Shown here: positions 50,482-60,030 of the stretch, one piece after another
Numbering within the stretch: position 1 is the stretch's first letter
Layout of the letters: every line of letters begins with the position of its first letter
Assembly (NCBI GenBank): GCA_013288445.1
Contig: JABDBX010000001.1
Coordinates: forward strand, 4,838-68,837
DNA length: 64,000 bases
Reading direction: 5' to 3'
Source of the DNA: Bacteroidota bacterium
Lineage (GTDB): Bacteria; Bacteroidota; Bacteroidia; Chitinophagales; Chitinophagaceae
Translations under genes and position numbers: made by a program
Notes under the pieces: generated by a model
Database searches by the model: none
Seen by the model: the letters and a program-made list of their open reading frames with translations, nothing else
Told to the model about the DNA's origin: nothing

Positions 50482-50600
50482 AACAATAGCTTTCTAACGA
50501 ATTTACGAAAATATCTTTGTACTTTACGATCGGCAAACCCAATTTAATACGTCATTAGCACTGACGTAGTTTGCATTTTATTACCATTCAATCTATCCCA

Positions 50601-50990
50601 ATGGGCAACAATGAAATTCAGATCCGGCAGCTTGTAGAGAACTGGGCGGCGGCAGTTTGCAACCATGATATTAATGGAATCCTCGCCAATCATTCTGCGG
50701 ATATGGTAATGTACGATGTGCCAGGCCCATTTCAATCTGTGGGTATAGACGCATATCGCGATACCTGGAACATCTTCTTTAAATATACAAGGTCGGGAGT
50801 GTTCGACATTCTGGACCTGCACATAACTGCTGGAGAAGATGTGGCCTTTTGTTTTGCAAAAATGAGGTGCGACGATAACAGCAATAGCGCAGATTATACA
50901 CCGCTCGACTTCAGGCTAACCATAGGTTTTAAAAAGGTCGGCGACAAATGGATGATCACTCATGAACATCACTCTGTTCCTGCGACCTAG
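50601..50990 (+). CDS. NTF2/SnoaL-like (YybH/DUF4440-type) protein
   Basis: WAAAV..HD, YDVP, RLTIG..K...W.I.HEHHSVP. Confidence 0.88.
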   Translation: MGNNEIQIRQLVENWAAAVCNHDINGILANHSADMVMYDVPGPFQSVGIDAYRDTWNIFFKYTRSGVFDILDLHITAGEDVAFCFAKMRCDDNSNSADYTPLDFRLTIGFKKVGDKWMITHEHHSVPAT

Positions 50991-51054
50991 GACAAAATGA
51001 CTCAATAAAGATGGTCCAACAATGAGTGGCTCCAGACTAACATCCCTGCGGGAT

Positions 51055-51585
51055 TTATATTTTCAGCCTTTTCGGATCTTGTTGTGTATTCCAGAATGCC
51101 AAAATCAATATCTCTTTTTTGATTGGCTTATACTTGTAATAAAGGGTAATTCTTTTGTTAATTACGGTTTTATATACATTTGTGCTCTTACCAACGTTCT
51201 CTCCTATTCTTGGGTTAAGTTTAATGACTGAAACCTTCTCTTCAATTCTATCCGTAAACGCCAGGATTTCAGTTTCAGAAAATTTAGACCTCAGAAAATT
51301 ATACTATACGCCGGATAAAAATGTGCATTGAATTTAAAAAGCCTGGAAGGCTTTAATGTGAATAGCTCCGGGTGCAACCCGGAGTCTTCAGGGTTATACC
51401 AGTTGAACCCCGCCGGGGTTCAATGACCACATCTATTTTCCCACCGGTTTCACCGGTGGCTATTCATCATTTAAGCCCTATCGGGCTTGCCCGTTTATCA
51501 TTGCACAAACTTATGCGGCGAAAAGTATAATTGCTTCGGCAAAAGTTGCTTCTGCCCTGACTGATAATACTACTTTCTGAACCAT
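51055..51585 (-). pseudogene. RelE/ParE-family toxin interrupted by a MITE
   Basis: Removing 51302-51527 plus one TA restores a 100-aa ORF MVQKVVLSVRAEATFAEAINFLRSKFSETE...NPRIG...ITLYY...LAFWNTQQDPKRLKI that overlaps the antitoxin stop. Confidence 0.85.
51302..51527. mobile_element. MITE related to family D (226 bp, TA target duplication) carrying a family E REP-like composite
   Basis: Imperfect TIRs TACTATACGCCGGATAAAAATGTGCATTGA vs TACTTTTCGCCGCATAAGTTTGTGCAATGA; internal hairpins CTCCGGGTGCAACCCGGAG, TTGAACCCCGCCGGGGTTCAA, CCACCGGTTTCACCGGTGG, AAGCCCTATCGGGCTT. Confidence 0.88.
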
Positions 51586-51830
51586 TGGCTGTATTTTTCC
51601 TTAACCTGCTCATACGAGATTACCTTACCCTCCTCTCCCTCCTTGACTGATTGTTCCAAAATTATCTGTAGTTCTTCAGGCAAATCGTCCCAGTTTTCTT
51701 CAATTATGTTTTCTTCATCAGCACCCCCCATTTCTTTTTCCAGCATAGCCTTTACTTTACGCAATGTCTTGCCATTCATATGGTCTATAAACTCCTTCAC
51801 TTCTTCGCGTAAAACCTCTGTAGCTGTCAT
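51570..51830 (-). CDS. Antitoxin of the interrupted RelE/ParE-type pair
   Basis: 86 aa acidic protein WDDLPEEL...EGKVISYEQVKEKYSQW; overlaps the toxin start. Confidence 0.75.
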   Translation of the reverse strand: MTATEVLREEVKEFIDHMNGKTLRKVKAMLEKEMGGADEENIIEENWDDLPEELQIILEQSVKEGEEGKVISYEQVKEKYSQWFRK

Positions 51831-51909
51831 AACAATAGCCTTTATACAAATTTACGGAAATCTCTTTGTACTTTTAATAGTAGGTGGCAACCATATGATT
51901 TAGACTAAA

Positions 51910-52823
51910 ATGAATCAAGAATTTAAAACAGCTTTATCAAGAAGTGGGAATGTGCTTAATCCGAGTGTTATTACGGTAACAGATGATTAAAATGGCAAAA
52001 AAGAAATTCTTATTTAATCGGTAAAGACTCTAAAACAATACCAATTGACAGAATTGCTTCAATTGAAATACACAATAAAGGATTTGGGACAGACGTAACA
52101 ATAAGTAGTTCTGGATTAGGAACAATTTTTGCCGAAGATTTTTCAATTTCTGATGTTAAAGAATTAAAATCGCTGATTGAAAATTTAAAGTCAAATCCCA
52201 AAGACAGGAATAATTATGAGGAACAGCAACCTATAATAGTGCAAACTCAGAAAGAAACAAAAGAAGATATATTAAACTCGGCTACCAAAAAAGAATTAGA
52301 ACTTGAATTGAATTACAGGGAGAAGGAATTAGAAAGGGAGGAAAGGAAAAAAGAAAGAATAGAAATAGAGGAGCGCTTGAAAAGCAAAAATAATTTCGAA
52401 TATTTTCTTAAATGGGTATGGATAGTTTTATTAAACAAAACATGGAAAAGAGTATTTTTTATAATTGTCATTTTGTTTTTCACAAATCAAGCTTACCATA
52501 CGTTTTCGGACAAAATAAATTTAAAGACTGATGAAAATAATATCAATACAGAAGTTAACAGATTGGGAACACTAAGAAAAAACATTGATAGTCTTCTTGA
52601 ACTGAAAAAAGTAGATGCCGCTGAAATTGCATTAGCAGATTTAGAATGGAATCTCAAGATTAAAAATAGTTATTTAGAAGAACAATACGCTAACGAAATG
52701 TCAAAATGGTTAGGTATAAAGTTAACATACGAAACTAAAATAATTGAATATAAAGATCTTCTTAAAAATCGTAGCAATTCCAGTAAAAGGAGCAAGAAAG
52801 GAAGGAAATTTGTCACCCCATAG
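51910..52823 (+). pseudogene. Frameshifted membrane protein with N-terminal bacterial PH-like domain
   Basis: MNQEFKTALSRSGNVLNPSVITVTDD* (51910-51990) continues in another frame as KWQKRNSYLIGKDSKTIPIDRIASIEI...DVKELKSLIE, which runs into ORF 52239-52823; AT-rich. Confidence 0.55.
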
Positions 52824-52886
52824 AAAAAGCGCCACATATTCAGATGCTTTTACCTCCTCATAAATTAATTGCTTAACTTTGTGCTT

Positions 52887-53162
52887 ATGGTAATCAACAC
52901 CACAGACATACAACTATATGAGTTGCTGCGGCAAAAACTCGGCGAAAGAGAAGCGGAAACGCTTGTAAACTTTGTAGATTCTAAGCTCAAAGACAATAAT
53001 GAGATAAACCTTAGAACAATGGCTACCAAAGAATATATAGCTTCTACAAAAGAATATATAGCACAAGTAGAATCCCGCCTTACCATGCGTATGTTTTACT
53101 TTTGGATTGGCCAGGTAGCAGTGATTGGCGGGTTACTTGCTTATTTCTTTAAAACCCATTAA
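52887..53162 (+). CDS. Small coiled-coil membrane-anchored protein (DUF1640/CCDC90-like), paralog of 17543-17806
   Basis: LYELLRQKLGE.EAE.LV, ATKE, MFYFWIGQ; TAACTTTG box at 52874-52881. Confidence 0.7.
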   Translation: MVINTTDIQLYELLRQKLGEREAETLVNFVDSKLKDNNEINLRTMATKEYIASTKEYIAQVESRLTMRMFYFWIGQVAVIGGLLAYFFKTH

Positions 53163-53164
53163 TA

Positions 53165-53332
53165 ATGCCATCAACGCCTAACAACAAAGATCAAAAACCA
53201 AAGATCAACGCCATCATAAGCAGTGATGTGAAAGATTATGGCAATGATCCCTTTTTCATTAAAAAGGCAAATGAATCAAAAGCCTTTTTAGAAAAGCACG
53301 GCTTTCCTGAAGAATTGATGAGAAAGAGATAA
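53165..53332 (+). CDS. Small hypothetical protein (55 aa)
   Basis: Below the ORF track cut-off: MPSTPNNK...DYGNDPFFIKKANESKAFLEKHGFPEELMRKR; starts 2 bp after the previous stop. Confidence 0.5.
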   Translation: MPSTPNNKDQKPKINAIISSDVKDYGNDPFFIKKANESKAFLEKHGFPEELMRKR

Positions 53333-53354
53333 AGTATTGAAAACTTCTTGCACT

Positions 53355-54242
53355 TTAATTCCCGATTATCAGCGACCTCATAGAAATAGAGGCCATATCA
53401 AACTGCTCATTAAAGAAGCTCACTTTTTCATTTTTCTGCTGCAACCCCAGCACATAGAATATTGGCAGCAGATGGTCGTATGACGGATGGGCCATAGTAG
53501 CGGTGTTCCCAAGTATCTTTTGATAGTTGAGTATAGACGCGTGGTCGCCCTTTTCTATCCACTCGGTAAACTTGCTGTCAAACTCCCGTGCCCAGTCATA
53601 TACTTTGTTGCCACCACTCCAGTCCACCTCGCGCAGGTTGTGTACCAGGTTGCCGCTGCCTATTATCAGCACACCTTTATCGCGTAGCTTGTTTAACTGC
53701 TTACCTATTTCGTAGTGGTATGCCGGTGGCCGGTCGTAGTCCAGGCTAAGCTGGTAAACGGGTATATCTGCCGCGGGGTACATAGGCAGCAATACGCTCC
53801 AGGTGCCATGGTCCAGCCCCCAGCTATCATCGCTTTGTATGTGGCTGTAGGTAACCAGTTCTTTAGTAAGAGCCGCAAGCTCTGGTGAGCCGGGTGCAGG
53901 GTATTGCTGGTCGAACAGCTTTTTAGGGAACCCACCGAAATCGTGTATTGTTTTGGGGTGGCTCATTGCTGTTACCTTAGTGCCGGTAGTAAGCCAGTGT
54001 GCCGACACCGACAGTATAGCCTGTGGGCGGGGCAATGTCTTGCCCATAGCTTGCCAGCTTTTGTGATAGGCGTTATCTTCAATTGCATTCATGGGGTTGC
54101 CATGCCCTATAAATAAAACTGGCATTCTTTCTGATGGCTCCAAACTATTGCCCAGCGCCCCTAAAGCGGATAATGTACTCATACCTGGAATTTGTGCGAG
54201 CGCCAGAAGGCCGCCCGCTTTTAATAATGTGCGCCTATTCAT
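53355..54242 (-). CDS. ygiD: 4,5-DOPA extradiol dioxygenase (LigB family)
   Basis: MPVLFIGHGNPM, SAHW, TIHDFGGFP, GLDHGTW, GSGNLVHNL, AHP..DH.LP. Confidence 0.9.
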   Translation of the reverse strand: MNRRTLLKAGGLLALAQIPGMSTLSALGALGNSLEPSERMPVLFIGHGNPMNAIEDNAYHKSWQAMGKTLPRPQAILSVSAHWLTTGTKVTAMSHPKTIHDFGGFPKKLFDQQYPAPGSPELAALTKELVTYSHIQSDDSWGLDHGTWSVLLPMYPAADIPVYQLSLDYDRPPAYHYEIGKQLNKLRDKGVLIIGSGNLVHNLREVDWSGGNKVYDWAREFDSKFTEWIEKGDHASILNYQKILGNTATMAHPSYDHLLPIFYVLGLQQKNEKVSFFNEQFDMASISMRSLIIGN

Positions 54243-54319
54243 AACTTCATTTATAAATTAAAACGACTGCCTCAAGTTACTTACGCAAAGATACATGTAT
54301 ATACATTCATTTTAGAAAC

Positions 54320-55636
54320 CTAATGTCGTATTAACAATAATTTACGGTCATCGTCGGTCGCTTTGATCCTGCCAAACACCCGCCAGTAGTATTCTTTATT
54401 CGTGTTTTCACGTATCACGCCAATGGAATACTGGTAGGTCTGAAACAAATTCAAAATTATGAGCACTGCGAAAACAGAATATACCGTTCCTTTCAGCACC
54501 ATTTTCTTCTTCCGCACCACCGACACCAGCGCAGCAAGAGGAAGCGATAACACTGGCAGTATATCCACCATTGGCCTGGAGGAGAATGCACCTGGGTAAT
54601 ACCACATCCACCAACTATAGACCACATATACATAGACAGGAAGCAACAAACAGCATAAAAGCGCCAACTGCTTGCTCTGCTGCCATAACAACGGAATGGA
54701 ACATATTATTATCAATGCGGCCGGTGTATAAACGAACCACCCCTTGGAGTACCCGCACAGGGCTTCGAAAATATGTGGGTGCATGAAGTCGAAACCTTCA
54801 TCCCGGTAGGAGTAGCATATCCACTGGCCGGTAGTGTATCTCCAGTAGCTCATCTGAAGGAAACACACGTCCAGAAACAACAGAACGCAAAACAACGCTG
54901 CCAGTGCTTTGGAATTTGCGCTTCTTGTTGTGCCAATTTTATTCTGACTGGGCCAAAATAAAGGGATCAATAAGCCCACCATATTGGTGGGGCGAGTGAT
55001 GATGAGCATGCCCAACAAAAAACCAATCACCGGGAGGCTGTTTAGCGATCCCTTTTTCCAGGTATCGGTGCAGTACATCAGGCAGGCGAGTAGAAAAAAA
55101 GAAAAAGGGTGGCTCCATCCCGTTGTAAAGGCCGTACAAAAATAGAGGTTAGTGCCAAAAGCCAGTATTAGTAGCGTTATCATTACATCAGTGTCGCTAT
55201 AATAACGCCGTAGCAGCATACCTAAGAAATAAAGTCCGAAACAAGCCCAAAAAACTGTGGACAGTGCTACACCGAGCTGGTATGGAATGCTAAAACCATC
55301 TACAGGGTAGCGGGTAGCCGGGCAAATCAAATAATTAGTTACCAGGAAGAACGGCATTTCCATTACTGCTACACCAAGCGGATATTTATTGACCCGCCGG
55401 CCAGTATTTTGGTAAGAGTAAAGGCCATAGCCCAGGAAATCGCAGGCGTAATGGTAGCGCACACTATCTGTTTTGCCGAGTTGCCCAAGATCGTGGTATA
55501 AAAAAACCGACGGCAGATATGAATAATAGCCCGAAGCATCCCAACCTATAACAGAATACTCCCGCCAGGTGGACCGGTTGGACAATATAAATATGGCAAC
55601 AAACGCAAAGAATATTGGTACAAGACGATATTTCAT
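54320..55636 (-). CDS. GT-C-like membrane glycosyltransferase (hypothetical)
   Basis: WDASGYYSYLP after TM1, KYPLG, FGTNL, ITRPTN, GWFVYTP, FSSRPMVD. Confidence 0.6.
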   Translation of the reverse strand: MKYRLVPIFFAFVAIFILSNRSTWREYSVIGWDASGYYSYLPSVFLYHDLGQLGKTDSVRYHYACDFLGYGLYSYQNTGRRVNKYPLGVAVMEMPFFLVTNYLICPATRYPVDGFSIPYQLGVALSTVFWACFGLYFLGMLLRRYYSDTDVMITLLILAFGTNLYFCTAFTTGWSHPFSFFLLACLMYCTDTWKKGSLNSLPVIGFLLGMLIITRPTNMVGLLIPLFWPSQNKIGTTRSANSKALAALFCVLLFLDVCFLQMSYWRYTTGQWICYSYRDEGFDFMHPHIFEALCGYSKGWFVYTPAALIIICSIPLLWQQSKQLALLCCLLLPVYVYVVYSWWMWYYPGAFSSRPMVDILPVLSLPLAALVSVVRKKKMVLKGTVYSVFAVLIILNLFQTYQYSIGVIRENTNKEYYWRVFGRIKATDDDRKLLLIRH

Positions 55637-55789
55637 GCTAAGTAAAAATAATAAAAATTGGCATGCAAAAAAGTCGTGGTAATGACCTAATCAAAATTAC
55701 AATTATTATCGTCTCAGGCAATAATAATTTATAATACAATTAGATCAACGCCAATTTTTTATATTTGCATTTTAAATAACCCCTTTGGA

Positions 55790-56716
55790 ATGAAAAATCT
55801 TATCCGGTTCGACTGGGCTATAAAAAGGCTTTTGAGAAACAAAGCCAATTTTGGTATCCTTGAAGGACTACTTAGCGAATTGCTGGAAGAGGATATAAAA
55901 ATAGACCACATCCTGGAAAGTGAAAGCAATAAACAAGTTGCTGATAACAAAGCAAACCGCGTTGACCTTCTTGTGCAGGATTCAAAAGGTGATCTGATAA
56001 TAATAGAAGTGCAAAGTGACTACATGCAGAACTACCTGTTGCGTATGCTTTTCGGCACATCTAAGCTGGTGATTGATAATATGGATGAAGGGATGCCTTA
56101 CAGGCAGGTTAAAAAGATAATATCGGTGAATATTGTGTATTTTGATTTAGGGCAGGGAGAAGACTATATATATCATGGCGGCACTAATTTCGTGGGGATG
56201 AACAGGAAGGATATACTGCACCTGTCGCGGAATGAGCAACTGGTATATCATACCGAAAAGATAGCAAAAATATACCCCGAATACTACATCATCAAAGTAA
56301 ACCAGTTTAATGATGTAGCAAAAAATACGCTGGATGAGTGGATCAATTTTCTAAAAACCGAAGAAGTAAAGGAAGGCTCAAAAGCTAAGGGCCTGAAAGA
56401 AGCAAAAGAAAAATTAAACAAACTAAAGCTTAGTCCCGAAGAAAAAAGGGATTACGAACAGTACATTAAAAACTGGCGTGATGAGTATGGCGAAATTGTA
56501 GGAAACTATGAGAAGGGGAAATTTGAAGGCAGGGAAGAAGGCATAGGAATTGGGATGGAAATGGGAGCGGCAAACAAGCAAGAATTTGCCGATGAAAAAG
56601 TGAAACAGAGTAAAATAGAAATGGCTCTAAACTGCCTCAAAAATGGCATGAGTATAGAAATGATAGCCAAACTTACCAGCCTCACAGAAGAGGAGGTTAG
56701 GGGAATAAAAAAATGA
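55790..56716 (+). CDS. Rpn family recombination-promoting nuclease / PD-(D/E)XK putative transposase
   Basis: RFDWAIKRLLRNKANF, RVDLLV...IIEVQ, LDEWINFLK, EG repeats; TATATTTG box at 55760-55767. Confidence 0.92.
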   Translation: MKNLIRFDWAIKRLLRNKANFGILEGLLSELLEEDIKIDHILESESNKQVADNKANRVDLLVQDSKGDLIIIEVQSDYMQNYLLRMLFGTSKLVIDNMDEGMPYRQVKKIISVNIVYFDLGQGEDYIYHGGTNFVGMNRKDILHLSRNEQLVYHTEKIAKIYPEYYIIKVNQFNDVAKNTLDEWINFLKTEEVKEGSKAKGLKEAKEKLNKLKLSPEEKRDYEQYIKNWRDEYGEIVGNYEKGKFEGREEGIGIGMEMGAANKQEFADEKVKQSKIEMALNCLKNGMSIEMIAKLTSLTEEEVRGIKK

Positions 56717-56729
56717 CGTAGCCTCCAAT

Positions 56730-58223
56730 TTATAGTTCCTTCCTGAGCCTTGCTACTGGTATATTTAGTTGTTCGCGGTACTTGGCGACTGTGCGGCGGG
56801 CTATGTTGTAGCCTTTTTCTACCAGCATATCGGTAAGATGTTCGTCAGACAGGGGTTTTCGTTTGTTTTCGCCGCCTATCATTTCATTGAGTATTGTTTT
56901 CACCTCCCGGGTGGACACTTCTTCGCCGCTTTCCATTTGCAGGGCCTCAGAGAAAAAGTATTTCAGTATGTAGGTGCCGTATTCCGTTTGCACGTACTTG
57001 CTGTTGGCTACCCTTGACACTGTTGATACATCGAGGAAGGTCATCTGCGCAATGTCTTTGAGTATCATTGGCCTTAGTTCCGTTTCATCGCCGGTAATGA
57101 AAAACTCCTTCTGAAAATCGAGTATCGCCTGCATGGTGTGCAACAGGGTATGCTGCCGCTGCTTGATGGCGTCAATGAACCACTTTGCAGAATCCAATTT
57201 CTGCTTTATAAATATCACCGCTTCCTTCTGCTGTTTGTTCTTCTTCTCGCTGCGGTCATACGCCTTTATCATTTCCCTGTATCCTTCAGACACACGTAGC
57301 TCTGGCGCATTTTTAGAATTAAGCGACAGCTCTGGCACCCCGTTATTATTGAAGACAAAGAAATCGGGTATTATGTAGCCTTCGGCTTTGTTCACCACCG
57401 CAAACGCGCCGCCTGGTTTTGGGTTCAGCTTTATGATGATGCTGATCACGTTTTTGAAATCGTCATCGTCAAGCCCCAGGTGCCTTTGTATTTTATCGTA
57501 GTGTTTTTTAATGAACTCGTTAAAGTATTTATCCAGCACGGCTATGGCATCGCGCACCGGCTTGGTGTCGGGCATTCTTTTCAGTTGCAGCACAAGGCAG
57601 TCCTGCAGGGTTACCGCGCATATACCCGGCGGATCGAACAGTTGTATTTTTTGCAGTAGCCCTGATATTTCATCAACGTTTGTATCGACGTTCTGCCCAA
57701 ATGCAAGGTCGTCAACGATCGAGGTCAGCTCCCTGCGCAGGTAGCCATCTTCGTCAAGGCTGCCTATTATCTGTTCGGCTATTTTGTGCAGCCGGTCATC
57801 GAGGTCCAGCATACCCAATTGGTCCAGCAGGTGCTCATGGAAACTTGTTTCCACACGCGCAGGTGTGGCCACGCGTTCATTGTCGCCACCGCCATAATAA
57901 TCATCGCCATAATCGTACCCGCTGCTATCTTCATCTTCCCGCCGCAAAAAATCGTCGAGGTCCACCTTTTCATTTCCATCATCGCTTAGTTCTACTTCAC
58001 CCTCCTGCGACTCTCCGTCATTGTCTGACAGCCCGTCTCCCAGTTCGTAAGTATCCTGGTCGGTGCTGTTTTCCAACTCAAATTCCAGGGCAGGGTTCTC
58101 TTCTATCTCCTCCTTGATGCGCTCCTCAAGATTGGCAGTAGGTATCTGCAGCAGCTTCATTAACTGGATCTGCTGGGGCGATAATTTCTGTAGTAGCTTT
58201 TGCTGTGTTGACTGTCTTAGCAT
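56730..58223 (-). CDS. rpoN: RNA polymerase sigma-54 factor
   Basis: QKLSPQQIQ region I, ENPALE, STVSRV, RpoN box ARRTVAKYRE. Confidence 0.97.
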   Translation of the reverse strand: MLRQSTQQKLLQKLSPQQIQLMKLLQIPTANLEERIKEEIEENPALEFELENSTDQDTYELGDGLSDNDGESQEGEVELSDDGNEKVDLDDFLRREDEDSSGYDYGDDYYGGGDNERVATPARVETSFHEHLLDQLGMLDLDDRLHKIAEQIIGSLDEDGYLRRELTSIVDDLAFGQNVDTNVDEISGLLQKIQLFDPPGICAVTLQDCLVLQLKRMPDTKPVRDAIAVLDKYFNEFIKKHYDKIQRHLGLDDDDFKNVISIIIKLNPKPGGAFAVVNKAEGYIIPDFFVFNNNGVPELSLNSKNAPELRVSEGYREMIKAYDRSEKKNKQQKEAVIFIKQKLDSAKWFIDAIKQRQHTLLHTMQAILDFQKEFFITGDETELRPMILKDIAQMTFLDVSTVSRVANSKYVQTEYGTYILKYFFSEALQMESGEEVSTREVKTILNEMIGGENKRKPLSDEHLTDMLVEKGYNIARRTVAKYREQLNIPVARLRKEL

Positions 58224-58434
58224 AATTAGCGCAAGTGAGGTATAAGTTAAAAGCCAGCTTTTCGGCCAGCACACTTATACTCCCTGATGCAAAAATAAAA
58301 TTTAATAGCACAAAACACTATTTATGAGGGCCTTGAACCCAGCTAATATTTAATTTAATACGACTTTTGTTAAAATGCTTCTTTTATAAAAATTATTAGT
58401 GTATATTGTCCTTAATAATCGAACCTGTGAGGGC

Positions 58435-59646
58435 ATGAGCAAGAAACCATATATTTCACCTTCCTTTTCTTACGTTCCTTTAGAAGAAACTTTACAGATC
58501 GTCCCTAAAAAGAAAAAATTATTTATAGGCATCCCTAAAGAAACTTCTTTCCAGGAAAACCGTGTGGCATTGACACCCGAGGCGGTGTCCGTATTGGTAA
58601 ACGATGGCCATGATGTGGCTGTAGAGCATTGCGCAGGCGATGGATCGTTTTACTTCGATAACGATTACAGCGAGGCGGGCGCACACATTGTTTACGATAA
58701 ACCGGAATTATACAAAGCAACTACAATAATAAAATCGGCGCCGATATCTGATGAAGAAGCCGGCTTGCTGCAACCTAACCAGGTAGTGATATCGCCTATC
58801 CACATGCCCTTGCTTAAGGCAGAGATATTGGAGCAAATGATAGCAAAGAAAATAATTGCCATTGCGTTTGAATCGATAAAAGACGATGCCGGAACTTACC
58901 CTATCGTGCGCTCTATGAGCGAGATAGCGGGCAACCATGCCATAATTACCGCTGCCAGGTACCTGGCCAATACCGACAATGGAAAGGGCGTTTTATTGGG
59001 CGGTATTTCTGGTGTTCCGCCGGCGCGTGTACTTATTATAGGCGCCGGTGTTGTTGGCGAGTCTGCGGCGAGGGCGGCCTTTGGGCTTGGCGCGTCGGTA
59101 AAGGTTTTCGACAACTCTATTTACCGGCTTATGAGGTTGCAGAACAACATAGGCAGGCGTTGTTTTACTTCGGTGATAGAGCCCATTACACTGGCGGAGG
59201 AATTGATGAATGCCGATGTGGCCGTAGGCGCACTGAAACCAATAAACGGTGTGACCCCTGTGGTAGTAACAGAAAATATGGTGAGCAATATGAAGGCCGG
59301 CTCAGTGATAATAGATGTGAGCATGGACAGGGGTGGGTGCTTTGAAACGTCAAGGCTCACATCGCATGAAAAACCAACCTTCAAAAAGTATGACGTCATT
59401 CATTATTGTGTGCCCAATATTGCGTCTGCTGTGTCGCGCACGGCTTCGCGCGCCATCAGTAATGTGCTGATGCCCATACTACAGCAATGTGCCGATATGG
59501 GTGGCGTGGAAGATGTGATACTTGCCAAGAGCGGCATCAGGCGCGGTGTGTACATGTACAAGGGCTGCGTGACCAACGCACCTATAGCCAAACGTTTTAA
59601 CTTTAAATATACCGACCTCGACCTGCTGCTTGCATCACAAAGCTAA
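58435..59646 (+). CDS. ald: Alanine dehydrogenase family protein
   Basis: IGIPKE..FQENRVALTP, MSEIAG, GAGVVG, DRGGCFETS, HYCVPNI. Confidence 0.88.
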   Translation: MSKKPYISPSFSYVPLEETLQIVPKKKKLFIGIPKETSFQENRVALTPEAVSVLVNDGHDVAVEHCAGDGSFYFDNDYSEAGAHIVYDKPELYKATTIIKSAPISDEEAGLLQPNQVVISPIHMPLLKAEILEQMIAKKIIAIAFESIKDDAGTYPIVRSMSEIAGNHAIITAARYLANTDNGKGVLLGGISGVPPARVLIIGAGVVGESAARAAFGLGASVKVFDNSIYRLMRLQNNIGRRCFTSVIEPITLAEELMNADVAVGALKPINGVTPVVVTENMVSNMKAGSVIIDVSMDRGGCFETSRLTSHEKPTFKKYDVIHYCVPNIASAVSRTASRAISNVLMPILQQCADMGGVEDVILAKSGIRRGVYMYKGCVTNAPIAKRFNFKYTDLDLLLASQS

Positions 59647-59673
59647 ACTTCCTTTTTATCCGTATATACTACT

Positions 59674-60030
59674 ATGCCAAATAACCGGTTGAATAAAACT
59701 ATAGCGGGGTATCATTTACTAATGATATTATCTGCCGTGGACTTCAGGGTATCGTGGGCGGAAGATAAAGTGATACGGGACTACTTAGTTCTTGAGTTTC
59801 CCTTCCAGGTAAATCTCGACAAACAAATGGAGGTGATAAGCAGGCTAAAACCTGATGAATGGGAAGGCCACTTCCTGAAAGTAATGGATGATTTTTATGA
59901 CGACGCAACTGACGACGAACGCAAGAAGCTGCTGCGATATGCGTTGGCCATTGCATCGGCAGATGAAGTGGTGACAAAAGAAGAGAACCATTACCTGAAC
60001 CTGTTGTTTGAACAATGGGAACCGGCATAA
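59674..60030 (+). CDS. TerB-like family protein
   Basis: LSAVD..VS..E and IASADEVVTKEE twin acidic motifs. Confidence 0.75.
   Translation: MPNNRLNKTIAGYHLLMILSAVDFRVSWAEDKVIRDYLVLEFPFQVNLDKQMEVISRLKPDEWEGHFLKVMDDFYDDATDDERKKLLRYALAIASADEVVTKEENHYLNLLFEQWEPA

Noticed and set aside
59674-60030. Tellurite resistance operon
   Set aside because: Only a solitary TerB-like gene; no other ter genes.
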